Positions 20,251 to 31,900 of a DNA stretch of 64,000 nucleotides are shown here, piece by piece. The DNA lies in IMG/VR virus record IMGVR_UViG_3300020413_000003, positions 60,935 to 124,934 of that record; one strand, given 5' to 3'. Each line of letters opens with the position of its first letter. The stretch's first letter is position 1. The position numbers were made by a program, and so were the translations under genes. The DNA is from a virus (taxonomy: Duplodnaviria; Caudoviricetes). A model generated the notes under the pieces. It did not search any database, had not been told where the DNA came from, and saw nothing but the letters and a program-made list of their open reading frames with translations.

Positions 20251-23200
20251 ATGGCAAGAACGGTTCCTGGTTCTGGTGCTGTCATTGAACCAATTTTCGA
20301 TGAGATCTTTGGAGTTCGTGCGGTAGAAGTCACAAACGGTGGAAGTGGATACTCTCAAGCAGATCCACCTCGTTTGGTAATATCTGGTTGTGGAACCCCA
20401 GATGTAGAAGCGTTATTATATCCTATTATTGATTCTGAATCAGGAAAAATAATACATGTTAGAGTTCTTACTAGAGGTAGAGGATATGATCCGTTAAGAC
20501 TTCAGATCATTCCAGAACAAGAAACTCCTAATGTTGTAACTTCATTTGATTTTAAAAGAATATTTCAAGCACATCCTAATAGTCCTACTACAGCAACATT
20601 TACAAGTGATAGACTAAGATTAGTATCAGATAATCATCCTAAACCTTCTCAGCATATTTTATCAGAAAGAGAACCTAGTGGTTCTTCAACAGTTGTAGAT
20701 AGATCTTTTGATCAGACATTTATCTATAGAGGTGGTAAAGATGTACCTCATCCAGATGCTGATAATAGACAATATCAAGGTGATAAAGCCATGGGTATCA
20801 TGGCAAATGGTGTTTTGCTTCATACACCTGAGTGGGGACAAGATGGAAGTCCACCACCAGGATTTGCTATTGATGCTGTAAAGTATCCTTATATTAAAAA
20901 CAATAATGCATATGATGCAGTAATTGACAATCAAGTTTACTACTATCAAACAAATAAACTTACAGACGAGTGGTCTTTAGATAACGGAGTATTTGATTGG
21001 GGTAGAATAAGACAGTTTGTTTGGCAAGTTAAAACAGAGCATGATAATATTTTAATTGAATTAAGTAATTTAGATCAAACCATAGGTTCAATTGAAGTCG
21101 GTAGAATTGTTGACTGTATTTCATCTACTGCAAAAGGTGAAGTAGCAAAAATTGTTAAAGATAGTTTAGGTAATCCAACAAAAATATATTTAAGAACTCT
21201 TACTGGTGTTGCTTTCCAAGAAAATGATGTTTGTCTAGGTGCTAATGGATTCCAATTTAAAGTATCAGGTATCCCAACTCTATTCCCCAATGGAATATTC
21301 TATATTGAATTTGGAGAGGAAGCACATGAGTTTGGTGCATTTACACCTGGTCAATTTTATTTTGCTCCAGAAGGAATTAAAGTTCAAAGAAATTATTTAA
21401 TAATTTGGGATCAAAGTGATCCAACAAATAATAGTGGTGGAATGCAGCATCCAATGAGATTCAGCACAACTGCTGATGGAACTTTGAATGGTGGAACTCT
21501 TTATTACAATAGTACTGGTGTTACACAAGCACCTGCTACTGACTATGAAAATGAATATCAACCATTATTCTTGATGAATGCTGATGAGAATAATAGAATA
21601 TATTATTTCTGTGCTAATCATCGTTACATGTCTGGGTATCAGGGCGATGAAGGTTATATGGAACTTGCGTCAGATGTAGATCCTGACCCAATGGTCAATA
21701 CATATTACTTTAAAGATTATTATCAATCAAATGCTAATGATCCAAATACCATTGATTATAGTAGACATGTAGATGGTCATTCTAAAATCTTAGGTATGTC
21801 CTTTGATGGATATCCTATCTACGGTCCTTGGGGTTATAATTCTAGTGGTGCAGTTGCTAGAGAAGTATCAGGACATAGATTAAAAACTACTGCTGAGTTA
21901 TCAGGTAATCGTCCTCAAGTTAATACAGTTTCTAATGTAACATATACAGTTACTGTATCAAATAATTTATTTAATTTTGATGGTAGTAGACCTGCATTTT
22001 TAACATTAGATAGAGGTAAGACATATATCTTTAATCAAGATGATTCTTCAAATGATAGTCTATTCTTATTTGTTGGAACATCTGATGATGGATGGCATGT
22101 AGGTGCACCTCCTGTTATTGGAGATACCACATATCTTTTATCAGGTAATCATGTTAAGTATTATATTGATGGTGCTGAGACTACTTACAATACTTATATT
22201 TCTGCTTTCAATACAGCATCACAAAGAGAAGTTAGATTCCATGTTCCTGTAAATGCTCCTATAGCATTATACCTCTTTGCATATTCACAATCAGGTGTAG
22301 GAATAAGATGTGTTGTTGAGGGATATGTACTTGGAGATTTGACTGATGATTATATTCCTGATTCAACTGTTGGAACTCTTGATGCTTATAATGGTAAGTT
22401 TAGTCCTACTCCAGAGTATCCTAATGGAACTTATGCATATTATATGACTGAGGATAGTTCTTCGGTTCCAACTTATCCTTATGCTATAGGAGATGCATTC
22501 TATGGAACTCCTTTATTTGAAGGTGATACCGTTCCTGATCAAGTAGAAATATTCCCAAGCGGTGCTACTGGCGATGTTGTTTTAAATGCTAACGGTCAAA
22601 TATCATACGTTAGAATGAGTCAGTTTGGTGATAATTATTTTGGTCCTGCACAAGCAAAGATTTTAGGTGGTCAAGGAACAGGTGCATTAGCAAGTCCGAT
22701 TGTACAAACAGTTACTGGTTTATCATTACTAGCAACAGGTAGAGAGTATGCTACTCCTCCAACACTTATATTTGAAGGTGGAGGTGGTGGTGTAGGTGCT
22801 GAAGGTGCTGCTGAAATTGATACCTTTGGTAAAGTTACTGGAATTAATATTGTTGACGAAGGTGAATTCTATCAGGAACCTCCTTATATTTTAATCACAG
22901 GTGGTGGTGGTATTGGTGCTAAAGCAGTTGCTAGAATTGATCAAGGTGTAATAGTTGGTATTGATATTACAGATTCTGGTTCTGGTTATATTAATCCACC
23001 AAATATTGTATTTACTAAACTTGTAAACTTAAAACGTAAGACAAGAGCAAGACAGTCTTACAACTCTACCGCAATTTATTTAACAGGTCTTGTAAAAGAT
23101 TTAGCAGCGTCAGACACAGAAATATTTACTGACACAACTACAGGTTTTCCTGGTTCTGGATCTCTTATTGTTAATACTGAAACCATTACTTACACTGGTA

Positions 23201-24420
23201 AAGCAGTAGGTAAATTCTTTGGTTTAACAAGAGGTGTAAACTTTAACTATGATCAGAGAATCATATTAGATGCTACTCAGAATAACCAACAAGATATATC
23301 CACATACAGTTTCAATGTTGGTGATAGAGTAATCCGTAGAATAGATAATGCAAATAATAAAATTGCAAAAGTATATGACTGGAATCCAAATACTAGAGAA
23401 CTTTTAGTAACATTTGAAGTTGATGAACTAGCATTCATTGATGGTGGTCTTCCATCTACTTTAGATGCTATTGTTCAATTTGATGGTGGTGTTGCTGCTA
23501 GTGCATCTAATGCTTACGATCCTCATCAAATTACATTTGAAGCAAACGCAACTATTATAACTTTGACTGATCCTATTAGTCAAATTCTAGATACTAAATT
23601 TGTTGATACTGCAGAAAATGCAGGAGCTGGTGATGGAATCCCAGACTTGTTTAATACAGGTACTGATTATGAAAGTCAAATATCACTTGATGGTGGTATT
23701 TACAATTCATTATATGGTATTGAAGAAACTCAAGGTGGAACTAACACAACTCTGTTTGCAGTTGCAGATCAAATTAAAGATGGTTCTATTCCGTTTAAAT
23801 ATGCAACTGTAGAAGTTGCAGGAACATTGACTGATGGTGTAGATCATGTTGCAAAATTAAATGTATATGTTGATCTAAATCAAGGTAACGGTCAGAACTA
23901 TGTTGTTAATGATCTTGTTACAGGTGATATATCTGGTGTAAGAGGAACAGTTCTAGGATGGGATCCTACTACTGGTCTTTTAGAAGTTGGTAACGTAGTT
24001 CCTTATAATACTGGTAATATCAATGTAGGTATTGCAGGTTACTTCTATGAGTTCTCTGCTAGAGAAACAGTTATTGACTTTATTGTTCAAAATCCAGGTA
24101 CTAACTATACTGCACCACCTGCGGTGACAGTAGAGAACATTGGTGATATACAAGCAACAGCAACTGTTAACATGACCGCAGCAGGTGACCAAGTTGCTTC
24201 ACTAACAATCACAAATGGTGGTTATGGTATTGCCCAGAACATTGATGAGAGTTTTGTAACACATCCGACAGTTACATTTACTAACAATGCTAGTGATAGC
24301 ACAGGATCTGGTGCGGTTGTTCAAGCCGTTCTCGGTGGTGAACGTATTGCAGGTAATACTGGTGCGAGTTATAGGATTAAAAGAATTGAATATCAAGCAC
24401 AACTCCAGTCTAAGGAGTAG
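20251..24420 (+). CDS. Virion structural protein with split YHYH-like domain, cupredoxin-like inserts and GSGY beta repeats
   Basis: GIMANGV, HSKILGMSFDGYPIYGPWGY and LDAYNGKFSPTPEYPNGTYAYY (YHYH-family motifs); YYFCANHRYM; baseplate gene context. Confidence 0.65.
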   Translation: MARTVPGSGAVIEPIFDEIFGVRAVEVTNGGSGYSQADPPRLVISGCGTPDVEALLYPIIDSESGKIIHVRVLTRGRGYDPLRLQIIPEQETPNVVTSFDFKRIFQAHPNSPTTATFTSDRLRLVSDNHPKPSQHILSEREPSGSSTVVDRSFDQTFIYRGGKDVPHPDADNRQYQGDKAMGIMANGVLLHTPEWGQDGSPPPGFAIDAVKYPYIKNNNAYDAVIDNQVYYYQTNKLTDEWSLDNGVFDWGRIRQFVWQVKTEHDNILIELSNLDQTIGSIEVGRIVDCISSTAKGEVAKIVKDSLGNPTKIYLRTLTGVAFQENDVCLGANGFQFKVSGIPTLFPNGIFYIEFGEEAHEFGAFTPGQFYFAPEGIKVQRNYLIIWDQSDPTNNSGGMQHPMRFSTTADGTLNGGTLYYNSTGVTQAPATDYENEYQPLFLMNADENNRIYYFCANHRYMSGYQGDEGYMELASDVDPDPMVNTYYFKDYYQSNANDPNTIDYSRHVDGHSKILGMSFDGYPIYGPWGYNSSGAVAREVSGHRLKTTAELSGNRPQVNTVSNVTYTVTVSNNLFNFDGSRPAFLTLDRGKTYIFNQDDSSNDSLFLFVGTSDDGWHVGAPPVIGDTTYLLSGNHVKYYIDGAETTYNTYISAFNTASQREVRFHVPVNAPIALYLFAYSQSGVGIRCVVEGYVLGDLTDDYIPDSTVGTLDAYNGKFSPTPEYPNGTYAYYMTEDSSSVPTYPYAIGDAFYGTPLFEGDTVPDQVEIFPSGATGDVVLNANGQISYVRMSQFGDNYFGPAQAKILGGQGTGALASPIVQTVTGLSLLATGREYATPPTLIFEGGGGGVGAEGAAEIDTFGKVTGINIVDEGEFYQEPPYILITGGGGIGAKAVARIDQGVIVGIDITDSGSGYINPPNIVFTKLVNLKRKTRARQSYNSTAIYLTGLVKDLAASDTEIFTDTTTGFPGSGSLIVNTETITYTGKAVGKFFGLTRGVNFNYDQRIILDATQNNQQDISTYSFNVGDRVIRRIDNANNKIAKVYDWNPNTRELLVTFEVDELAFIDGGLPSTLDAIVQFDGGVAASASNAYDPHQITFEANATIITLTDPISQILDTKFVDTAENAGAGDGIPDLFNTGTDYESQISLDGGIYNSLYGIEETQGGTNTTLFAVADQIKDGSIPFKYATVEVAGTLTDGVDHVAKLNVYVDLNQGNGQNYVVNDLVTGDISGVRGTVLGWDPTTGLLEVGNVVPYNTGNINVGIAGYFYEFSARETVIDFIVQNPGTNYTAPPAVTVENIGDIQATATVNMTAAGDQVASLTITNGGYGIAQNIDESFVTHPTVTFTNNASDSTGSGAVVQAVLGGERIAGNTGASYRIKRIEYQAQLQSKE

Positions 24421-24430
24421 TCGGAAAGGA

Positions 24431-24438
24431 CATAAATA
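24431..24438 (+). promoter_or_regulatory. Late promoter (CATAAATA) for gp8
   Basis: Intergenic, followed by AGGAGG and the gp8 ATG at 24464. Confidence 0.7.
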
Positions 24439-24463
24439 AACAGGAGGACACTAGTCTTAGGAA

Positions 24464-25996
24464 ATGGCAGCTCTATTAACTGATCAATTTAGAATTTTTT
24501 CAGCACAAAAATTTATTAAGGCTCTTGAAGGTCCCGTTGCAACTCAAAGTGATGATGTTGCAGGGGCTACAAGAGACAGGTTATATCTTTTCATAGGTAG
24601 ACCACAAACTTGGGATAATGAAAACTCACCGCCACAAGCGGTTGATTCATTTGCCGAATTTTCTGGTTCTTATGATGATATGGTTTCAATGAAGCGTGTG
24701 CTGGCTTCTGATACTGTTCAAGTTGTGCGTAGAATTGACTGGGTTTCCCCAGAACAAACTACTGGTGGATTAGGATTTACTTATGACATGTATCGTCATG
24801 ATTATTCTCCTAGTAAAACTGCTGCATCTGGTGCTACTAAACTATATGATTCTGATTTTTACGTTGTAAACTCACAGTATCAAGTATATAAGTGCATCTA
24901 TAATGGTACATCTCCTTCAGACCCTAACGGAAAACCTTCAACTGTTGAACCGACTGGAACATCTACTTCTATCATCACCACTGGTGATTCTTATCGTTGG
25001 AAGTATATGTATACTATTCCCGTTGCATCAGTTCTTAAATTCTTCTCCAATGACTACATGCCTGTCTTTACCAATGATGCGGTAAAAACAAACGCTGTTG
25101 CAGGAGAGATTGATACTGTTGTTATTAACGCAGCAGGATCAGGTTATAATAACGGAACCTATGACAACGTTGCTATTAATGGAGATGGAACTGGTGGTCG
25201 TGTTTCTATTGTTGTAGATGGTGGTAAGATTATATCTGCTACTGTTACTTCTGGAGGAACAGGATATACCTTTGGTAAAATTTCTGTTGATAACGTTACT
25301 GGTATTGGAACAGGAACTGGTGCACAAGTCGATGTTATCGTTCCACCGCCAGGTGGTCACGGTGCTGACTCTGTTGTAGAACTTGGTGCTTTCCGAGTTA
25401 TGATCAACGCTAAACTCTCATATGATGAGGGTGCAGGTGACTTCCCAGTTGATAACGACTATCGTCGTATTGGTCTTATTACCAATCCTTTAAAATATGG
25501 AACTGAGGAATTAATTTCAGACTTGACTGTATCTGCTACTAAGGCAGTTATATTCGCACCTACATTCCAAGGTAACTATGTTCCTGATGAAATCATTACA
25601 CAAACAAGAGTTGTTGGTGGAACCAACGTTACTGCTCGTGCTCGTGTTGTTTCTTGGAACCCAATAACAAAATTATTAAAGTACTATCAGAATGCTGTAG
25701 ATGGTATCTTCCCAGAAGTTACAGGAACACAGAATGAATTTGATGGTTCAAACGTGATTAATGGTGCTACATCTGGTGCTGCAGGACAACCCGATGTTAA
25801 CTTTCCTGCCATCCCAAACTCTTCTTCTAGAACTATCAACAATACTGAGTATGACTTAGGTATGAAGTTTAACAATGGTTATGCTAAACCCGAAGTTTCC
25901 TCAAGTAGCGGTGACGTAGTTTACATAGATAATAGAAGATCCATCAGTCGTGCAAACGACCAAGTAGAAGATATTAAAATCGTAATCGAGTTCTAA
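24464..25996 (+). CDS. gp8: Baseplate wedge subunit gp8
   Basis: LYLFIGRPQTW, FYVVNSQYQVYKC, DSYRWKYMY and C-terminal YIDNRRSISRANDQVEDIKIVIEF are gp8 hallmarks. Confidence 0.9.
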   Translation: MAALLTDQFRIFSAQKFIKALEGPVATQSDDVAGATRDRLYLFIGRPQTWDNENSPPQAVDSFAEFSGSYDDMVSMKRVLASDTVQVVRRIDWVSPEQTTGGLGFTYDMYRHDYSPSKTAASGATKLYDSDFYVVNSQYQVYKCIYNGTSPSDPNGKPSTVEPTGTSTSIITTGDSYRWKYMYTIPVASVLKFFSNDYMPVFTNDAVKTNAVAGEIDTVVINAAGSGYNNGTYDNVAINGDGTGGRVSIVVDGGKIISATVTSGGTGYTFGKISVDNVTGIGTGTGAQVDVIVPPPGGHGADSVVELGAFRVMINAKLSYDEGAGDFPVDNDYRRIGLITNPLKYGTEELISDLTVSATKAVIFAPTFQGNYVPDEIITQTRVVGGTNVTARARVVSWNPITKLLKYYQNAVDGIFPEVTGTQNEFDGSNVINGATSGAAGQPDVNFPAIPNSSSRTINNTEYDLGMKFNNGYAKPEVSSSSGDVVYIDNRRSISRANDQVEDIKIVIEF

Positions 25997-28900
25997 TGGC
26001 ACAAAATACTAATCTAAACGTAACACCGTATTACGACGACTTTGATAAAGCGAAGAACTTTTATCGAGTGCTGTTTAGACCTGGTTTTCCAATACAGGCA
26101 AGAGAATTAACACAGTCTCAATCAATTCTTCAAAATCAAATTGAGAATATGGGAACCCATCTATTCAAAGATGGTTCAATGGTTATACCTGGTCAAATAG
26201 GTTATGATCTAAACGTTAGTGCTATTATGATCCAAGAATCATTCTTGGGTGCAGATGTAGAAAGTTATAGAAGTCAGATTACAGGAAAAATAATTACAGG
26301 TTTAACATCTGGTGTTAAAGCTAAAGTTCTCTATAGTATTTCATCAACTGATTCAGATAAAGGATATATTACACTCTATATTAAATACATTGAATCAGGT
26401 GGAGTAGATAATAATCAAGATACATTTACTAATAATGAACAGTTAATCACTGATACTGAAATTACTTTTGGAACCACTCTTATTGAAGTTGGATCACCAT
26501 TTGCACAGTTACTACCTACAGCAGCAACACAAGTTGGATCTGTAGCATATGTGCAGGAAGGTGTTTACTTCATCAGAGGTTTCTTTGTAGACGTTCCTTA
26601 TCAGTACATTCTCCTTGATCAATATGGAAGTAACCCCAAATACAGAATCGGACTCGAAATTCTTGAGTCGATCATCACCCCCGAAGATGACTTATCACTC
26701 AATGATAACGCTGCAGGAACATCTAATTATGCTGCTCCTGGTTCTCACAGGTTCAGAATAACAACTAACCTAGTTAAGAAATTACTTACAGACGAAGCAG
26801 ATAAAGACTTTATTGAATTACTACGTATCAATGGTAATAAGATTGAGAAACTAGTTGATCGTAGTGCATATGATGAGTTAGAAAAAACAATGGCAACCAG
26901 AACTTATGAAGAGTCTGGTGATTATGTTGTTAGTGATTTCCAAGTCACTATGAGAGATGGACTAAATGATGGATTTAATAATGGTGTTTATGAGGTAGGA
27001 GACACAACTGCTCAAGGTAATAGTGCTGCAGAAAGCATGTATGCTGTTGAGTTTGGTCCTGGTACTGCATATGTTAGAGGTTATAGACTTAAAACATTAT
27101 CTCCAACTTATGTTGATATAGCAAAACCAAGAGATACAGATGCTTCTCAAAACACAATTATACCTTTCACATTAGGAAACTATTCTAAAGTAGGTAATAT
27201 TAACGGATTTTTAAATACAGCTGGTTCTACTATTTCTCAAGCATACCAGACAGTAGAATTGCGTGATAGATTTACATCTACACCTGGTACTGCAGTTGGT
27301 AATGTAATTGGATATGCACGTGTAGCATCTCTTGAATTCTTACAAGATCCAGATAATAGTTTTGGTAATGCAGATGACAAATATAATATGCATCTGTTTG
27401 ATGTTCAAATGTTTACTGTATTACATTTAGCATCTGCACAAACTATTAGTACTGGTGCTGCTGATCAGAGAGGATCTCTTGTTGTTGGTAAATCATCTGG
27501 TGCAAAAGGATATTTAATTGATAACGTTTCTGCTGCAACTCACTTGAGCATTTATCAAGTTGAAGGAACTTTCCAACAAGGTGAGATGGTAACATTAGAT
27601 GGTTTAAATTTAGATACTATTACTAATGTCCATACTTACAAATATTCTGATAGTAGACAAGTTTGTGCTAAAGATGAGTCTACATCAGCAGTAGAATTTA
27701 CAGCAGATATTATATTAGAAGATTTAAAATTCCTTCAAGGTGCTACATTCACTTATGATGCAACTAGTAGTAATGAAAAAATTACTGGTTTAAATTCAAA
27801 CTTTGCTTCTGACTTAAGACCTGGCGATAGAATATATTTCTCTGAAACAAAATATGTTGATGTAGATTATGTTGATCCTACAAACTTAGCATCATCTAAT
27901 ACTGGATCTATATTTACTTACTCTACTCAAGTAGTTAAAGTAACACCTCCTGGTTCTAACTATCCTGCAGCAGGAACTTATAATACATTACTACGTTATA
28001 GATCAAAACTTTGGGAAACAGAAAAGGCAACTCTTCTTAAAGAAATGCCTAAACCATATGTCAAGACTATTTCTGACGAGTCTATGGTTGTTAGAAGAAC
28101 TTTTGACTCTCAAACTGTTGCTGCAAACGCTATATCAATTACTCTTCCTGAGAACGAGCAGTTCCAAGCAATTACGAATACTTCATATTCATTTACTGTT
28201 ATGGGCAGTACATCATCTGCATATCCTGCAGGTGCACAGATACCCATTGACACTGTAAATACTGGTGCTATTGGTTATACTACATTTACATCGGCTGATA
28301 GAACTACAATTCAGATAACAAACTTAGATGTGACAGGTGACTCAGGTGCAATTACATCTGTTAAAGTTACAGCATCTGTTTCTAAGAACGTTACAACTAA
28401 GAAAACAAAATCACCTACTAACATGTTTGTGTTAAAGGTGAATCAAACTGTTCAGAATTTAGATAAGCAAAACTATCAACTTACATATTCTGGAGTATAT
28501 GGAACTAGAATTGAAGACGTAGATTTATCATTAGGTATAACAGACGTATTTAATATACATGCTGTATATGAATCAATGGACGATGCTGATCCAATAATAC
28601 CTTCTATAACTTTAGTTGAACCAACATTCTTTGAGACTAAGAGTATTGTTACAGGTAAAACATCTGGTGCAAGAGCAAGAGTTGTTGACTTTAACTCAAG
28701 TACTTTAAAACTATCACTAGTTTATTTAAGTGGTAAGTTCATATCAGGTGAAACAGTTGATGGATTTAATAGTAGTAATATTGCTATTCAAGGTATTATT
28801 AATGACTCTGTAGGATCTATTATTGAAGGATCTAAAGTTATCACAGATCGTTATGAATTAGAGACTGGTCAAACTGGATTTATATATGGTATATCAAAAT

Positions 28901-31900
28901 TAGTAAGAAAGAAAGGTGTTGCTAGACCAATTAGAAAAGTAAAAATTGTTTTAGATTACTATTCTCATGCTGCTACTGGAGATTACTTTGCAGGTCAATC
29001 ATATTTGGATACTGCATATGCTGATGTTCCTTATTATCAAGAAAAATTCTTACCTGATTTCTTAGACTTTAGACCAGGTGTTAGAAACTTATTTACAGGA
29101 ACTGGATCAGTTGCTTCTCCTGCATATGTAAATGCTGCTACATTAGACTTTAAACATAGAACATTCCCAACTGCAGGTAGTCCATCTGCAACTCTATTTG
29201 ATATTCCTAAAGTTGCTAGTGACTTTAGATGTGATTTTGATTGGTATCTTCCTAGAGTTGATAAAGTATTCTTACTACCTACTGGAGAATTTCAAGTTGT
29301 TAAAGGTAAGTCAGAACAGAGACCTTCTCCTCCAGATGATCTACAAGATGGTATGCTACTAGCAACATTGCTACATGCACCATATGGTTTTGATCCTTCT
29401 AGTGATGTCGTTATTCAGAAATCTGATAACAGACGTTATACTATGCGTGATATTGGTACTTTAGAAAAACGTATTGACCAAGTTGAATATTATACATCAC
29501 TTAACATGTTAGAAAGTGATACATTCAACGTTGAAATTACTGATGCATCTGGTAAGAATCGTCTGAAGAATGGATTTATGGTTGATGATTTTACAGATCA
29601 TTCTAAATCTAGTACAACAAATCCAGACTATGCTGCTGCATTAAGTTATTCTGATGGAACTTGTCAGTCTTCACACTACACTACTAATACATCATTATTA
29701 ATTAATGAATCACTGTCTACAAATTATCAAAAGACTGGTCCTTTAATTACACTACCTTATACTGAGATAGCATTAATTACTCAATCATATGCTTCTAGAG
29801 TTGAAAATGTAAACCCATTCAACGTATTTGCTTACATTGGACGTATTGATCTTGTACCTGCTTCAGATGACTGGGTAGATACTAATCGTCTTCCTGTTAA
29901 TGTTATTGATGTTGAGGGTGATTTTGAAGCAACTAGCAGAGAGATGAATGTAGATCAATCTGGTTTTGCTCCTATCCAATGGGGTTCATGGAATACTACA
30001 TGGTCTGGAGAATCTACTGGTGCATGGAGTACATGGAGAGAACATACATTTGCTAACTATGTCCGTGGTAGAGGTCGTCGTGTTATGGGATCAAGAACCA
30101 TTACGGCTACAAATAATCAAACAAGAAGAGGTATTAGAAGTAGAGTAGTTCCCAGAATTGATCGTCAGTCAATGGGAGATAGAACTGTATCTTCAACATC
30201 TATTCCTTGGATACGTTCTAGAAATATTGATGTAACTGTTGCTAGAATGAAACCAAGAACAACATTCTATGCATTCTTCGATGGAACTAAAGTTGGTGAT
30301 TACATGATGCCAAAAGTTCTTGAAGTTATTAAAAATCCTTCTACAGATAGTAGAACAAACTCAACACCATTTGTAATTGGTGAGACAGTTAGAGGTTTAG
30401 TAAGTGGTGCTAGATTTAGAGTTTCTGCTCCAAACAACTTCTTTACATGGAATCCTTATGATGATACTGATATGCCATCATCATATTCTTCAACTACTAA
30501 CTTTATCAACGTTGATACTGAATCACTTGCTGCTCAGGCAGTTGGACAATACTACGGTAATATACAAGTAGGTGAAGTTTTAGTTGGAACATCTGGTGCA
30601 AGAGCAGTTGTTCGTGATCGTAGATTGATGACTGATAGATTAGGACAGTGGAAAGGTTCATTCTTTATACCACAACCTCAAGTCAATACAAATCCACGTT
30701 GGGCAACTGGTAGTAGACTACTAAGATTAACAACTAATTCAGATGATTCTAGAACATTTGGAACAGTTGCATCTGCTGCACAAACAGAATATGCAGCAAC
30801 AGGTACATTGAATACATTACAAGAAAATGTATTATCAATTAGAAATGCTGATATTGTTCAAGATACTGTAACTCAAGATAGAACTGTCCAAACAACTAGA
30901 ACTGAAACACGTCAGGTTGGTTGGTGGGATCCACTTGCACAATCATTCTTAGTTGATGAAACTGGTGGTGTGTTTATTACTTCTGTTGATGTTTACTTCA
31001 ACGCTAAAGATAGTAATATTCCGATCTCTATGCAGATCAGAACTATGTCAAATGGATATCCAACAACAAGTATTCTTCCATTCTCTGACGTTACTGTAAC
31101 TCCAGATACTATTCAGACATCTGAAACTGGTGCTATTGCGACTAAGTTTACATTCCAAGCACCTGTTTATATTCCTCAGTCTATTGAACATTGTTTTGTT
31201 CTATTCTCAGACTCTAATGAATATCAGGTTTGGATCTCTAGAATGGGTGAGTTAGATATTACTGGAGACAGAACTATATCTGAACAACCATATGCAGGTG
31301 TTCTATTCAAATCACAGAACGCAACTACATGGACTGCAGACCAGTACGAAGATCTTAAGTTCGTTGTTTATAAAGCGGTATTTAATACCAGTGTTGCTTC
31401 TCAGTTAACATTAAACAATGCTCCTTTAGACATAGGTAACGGTGGTAAGATTGTATTAAGAACTGATCCAGTTCAAACATATCAACCAGAGTTACAGTTA
31501 GTAATGAATGCTGTCAATGCAACCCTTCCTTATACAGTTGGTGCTCGTGTTTATCAAAAGACGACTCTTGCTCAAGGAACAATTAAAGAAATTACAGATA
31601 GTAATGCAGGAGTTCTGTTAACTATCAATGATATATCAGGAACATGGCAGTCAGGTTCATCAACTGGTGGAACTATTATTAACAGAATAGTTTCTTCTAA
31701 GACTCTTGCTACTATGGCAGTAACAAGTGCATCAGGTGACTTTACTGTTGGTGAAACTATAACTGGTAACAGTGCTTCTGCTCCAACTGCAGAGGTTGTT
31801 AGTTGGACAGATGGTGGCGGTGGTGCAGGAACATTAACACTTAAATATGTTTCAACTACATTCACATCTTCTACTGAACAAATTACTGGTGGAACTTCTA

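Noticed and set aside
1880-30148. Leu/Val/Met-rich +1 ORFs inside gp7, gp8 and VrlC
   Set aside because: Expected by-product of T/A-ending codons; no codon anomaly or RBS.
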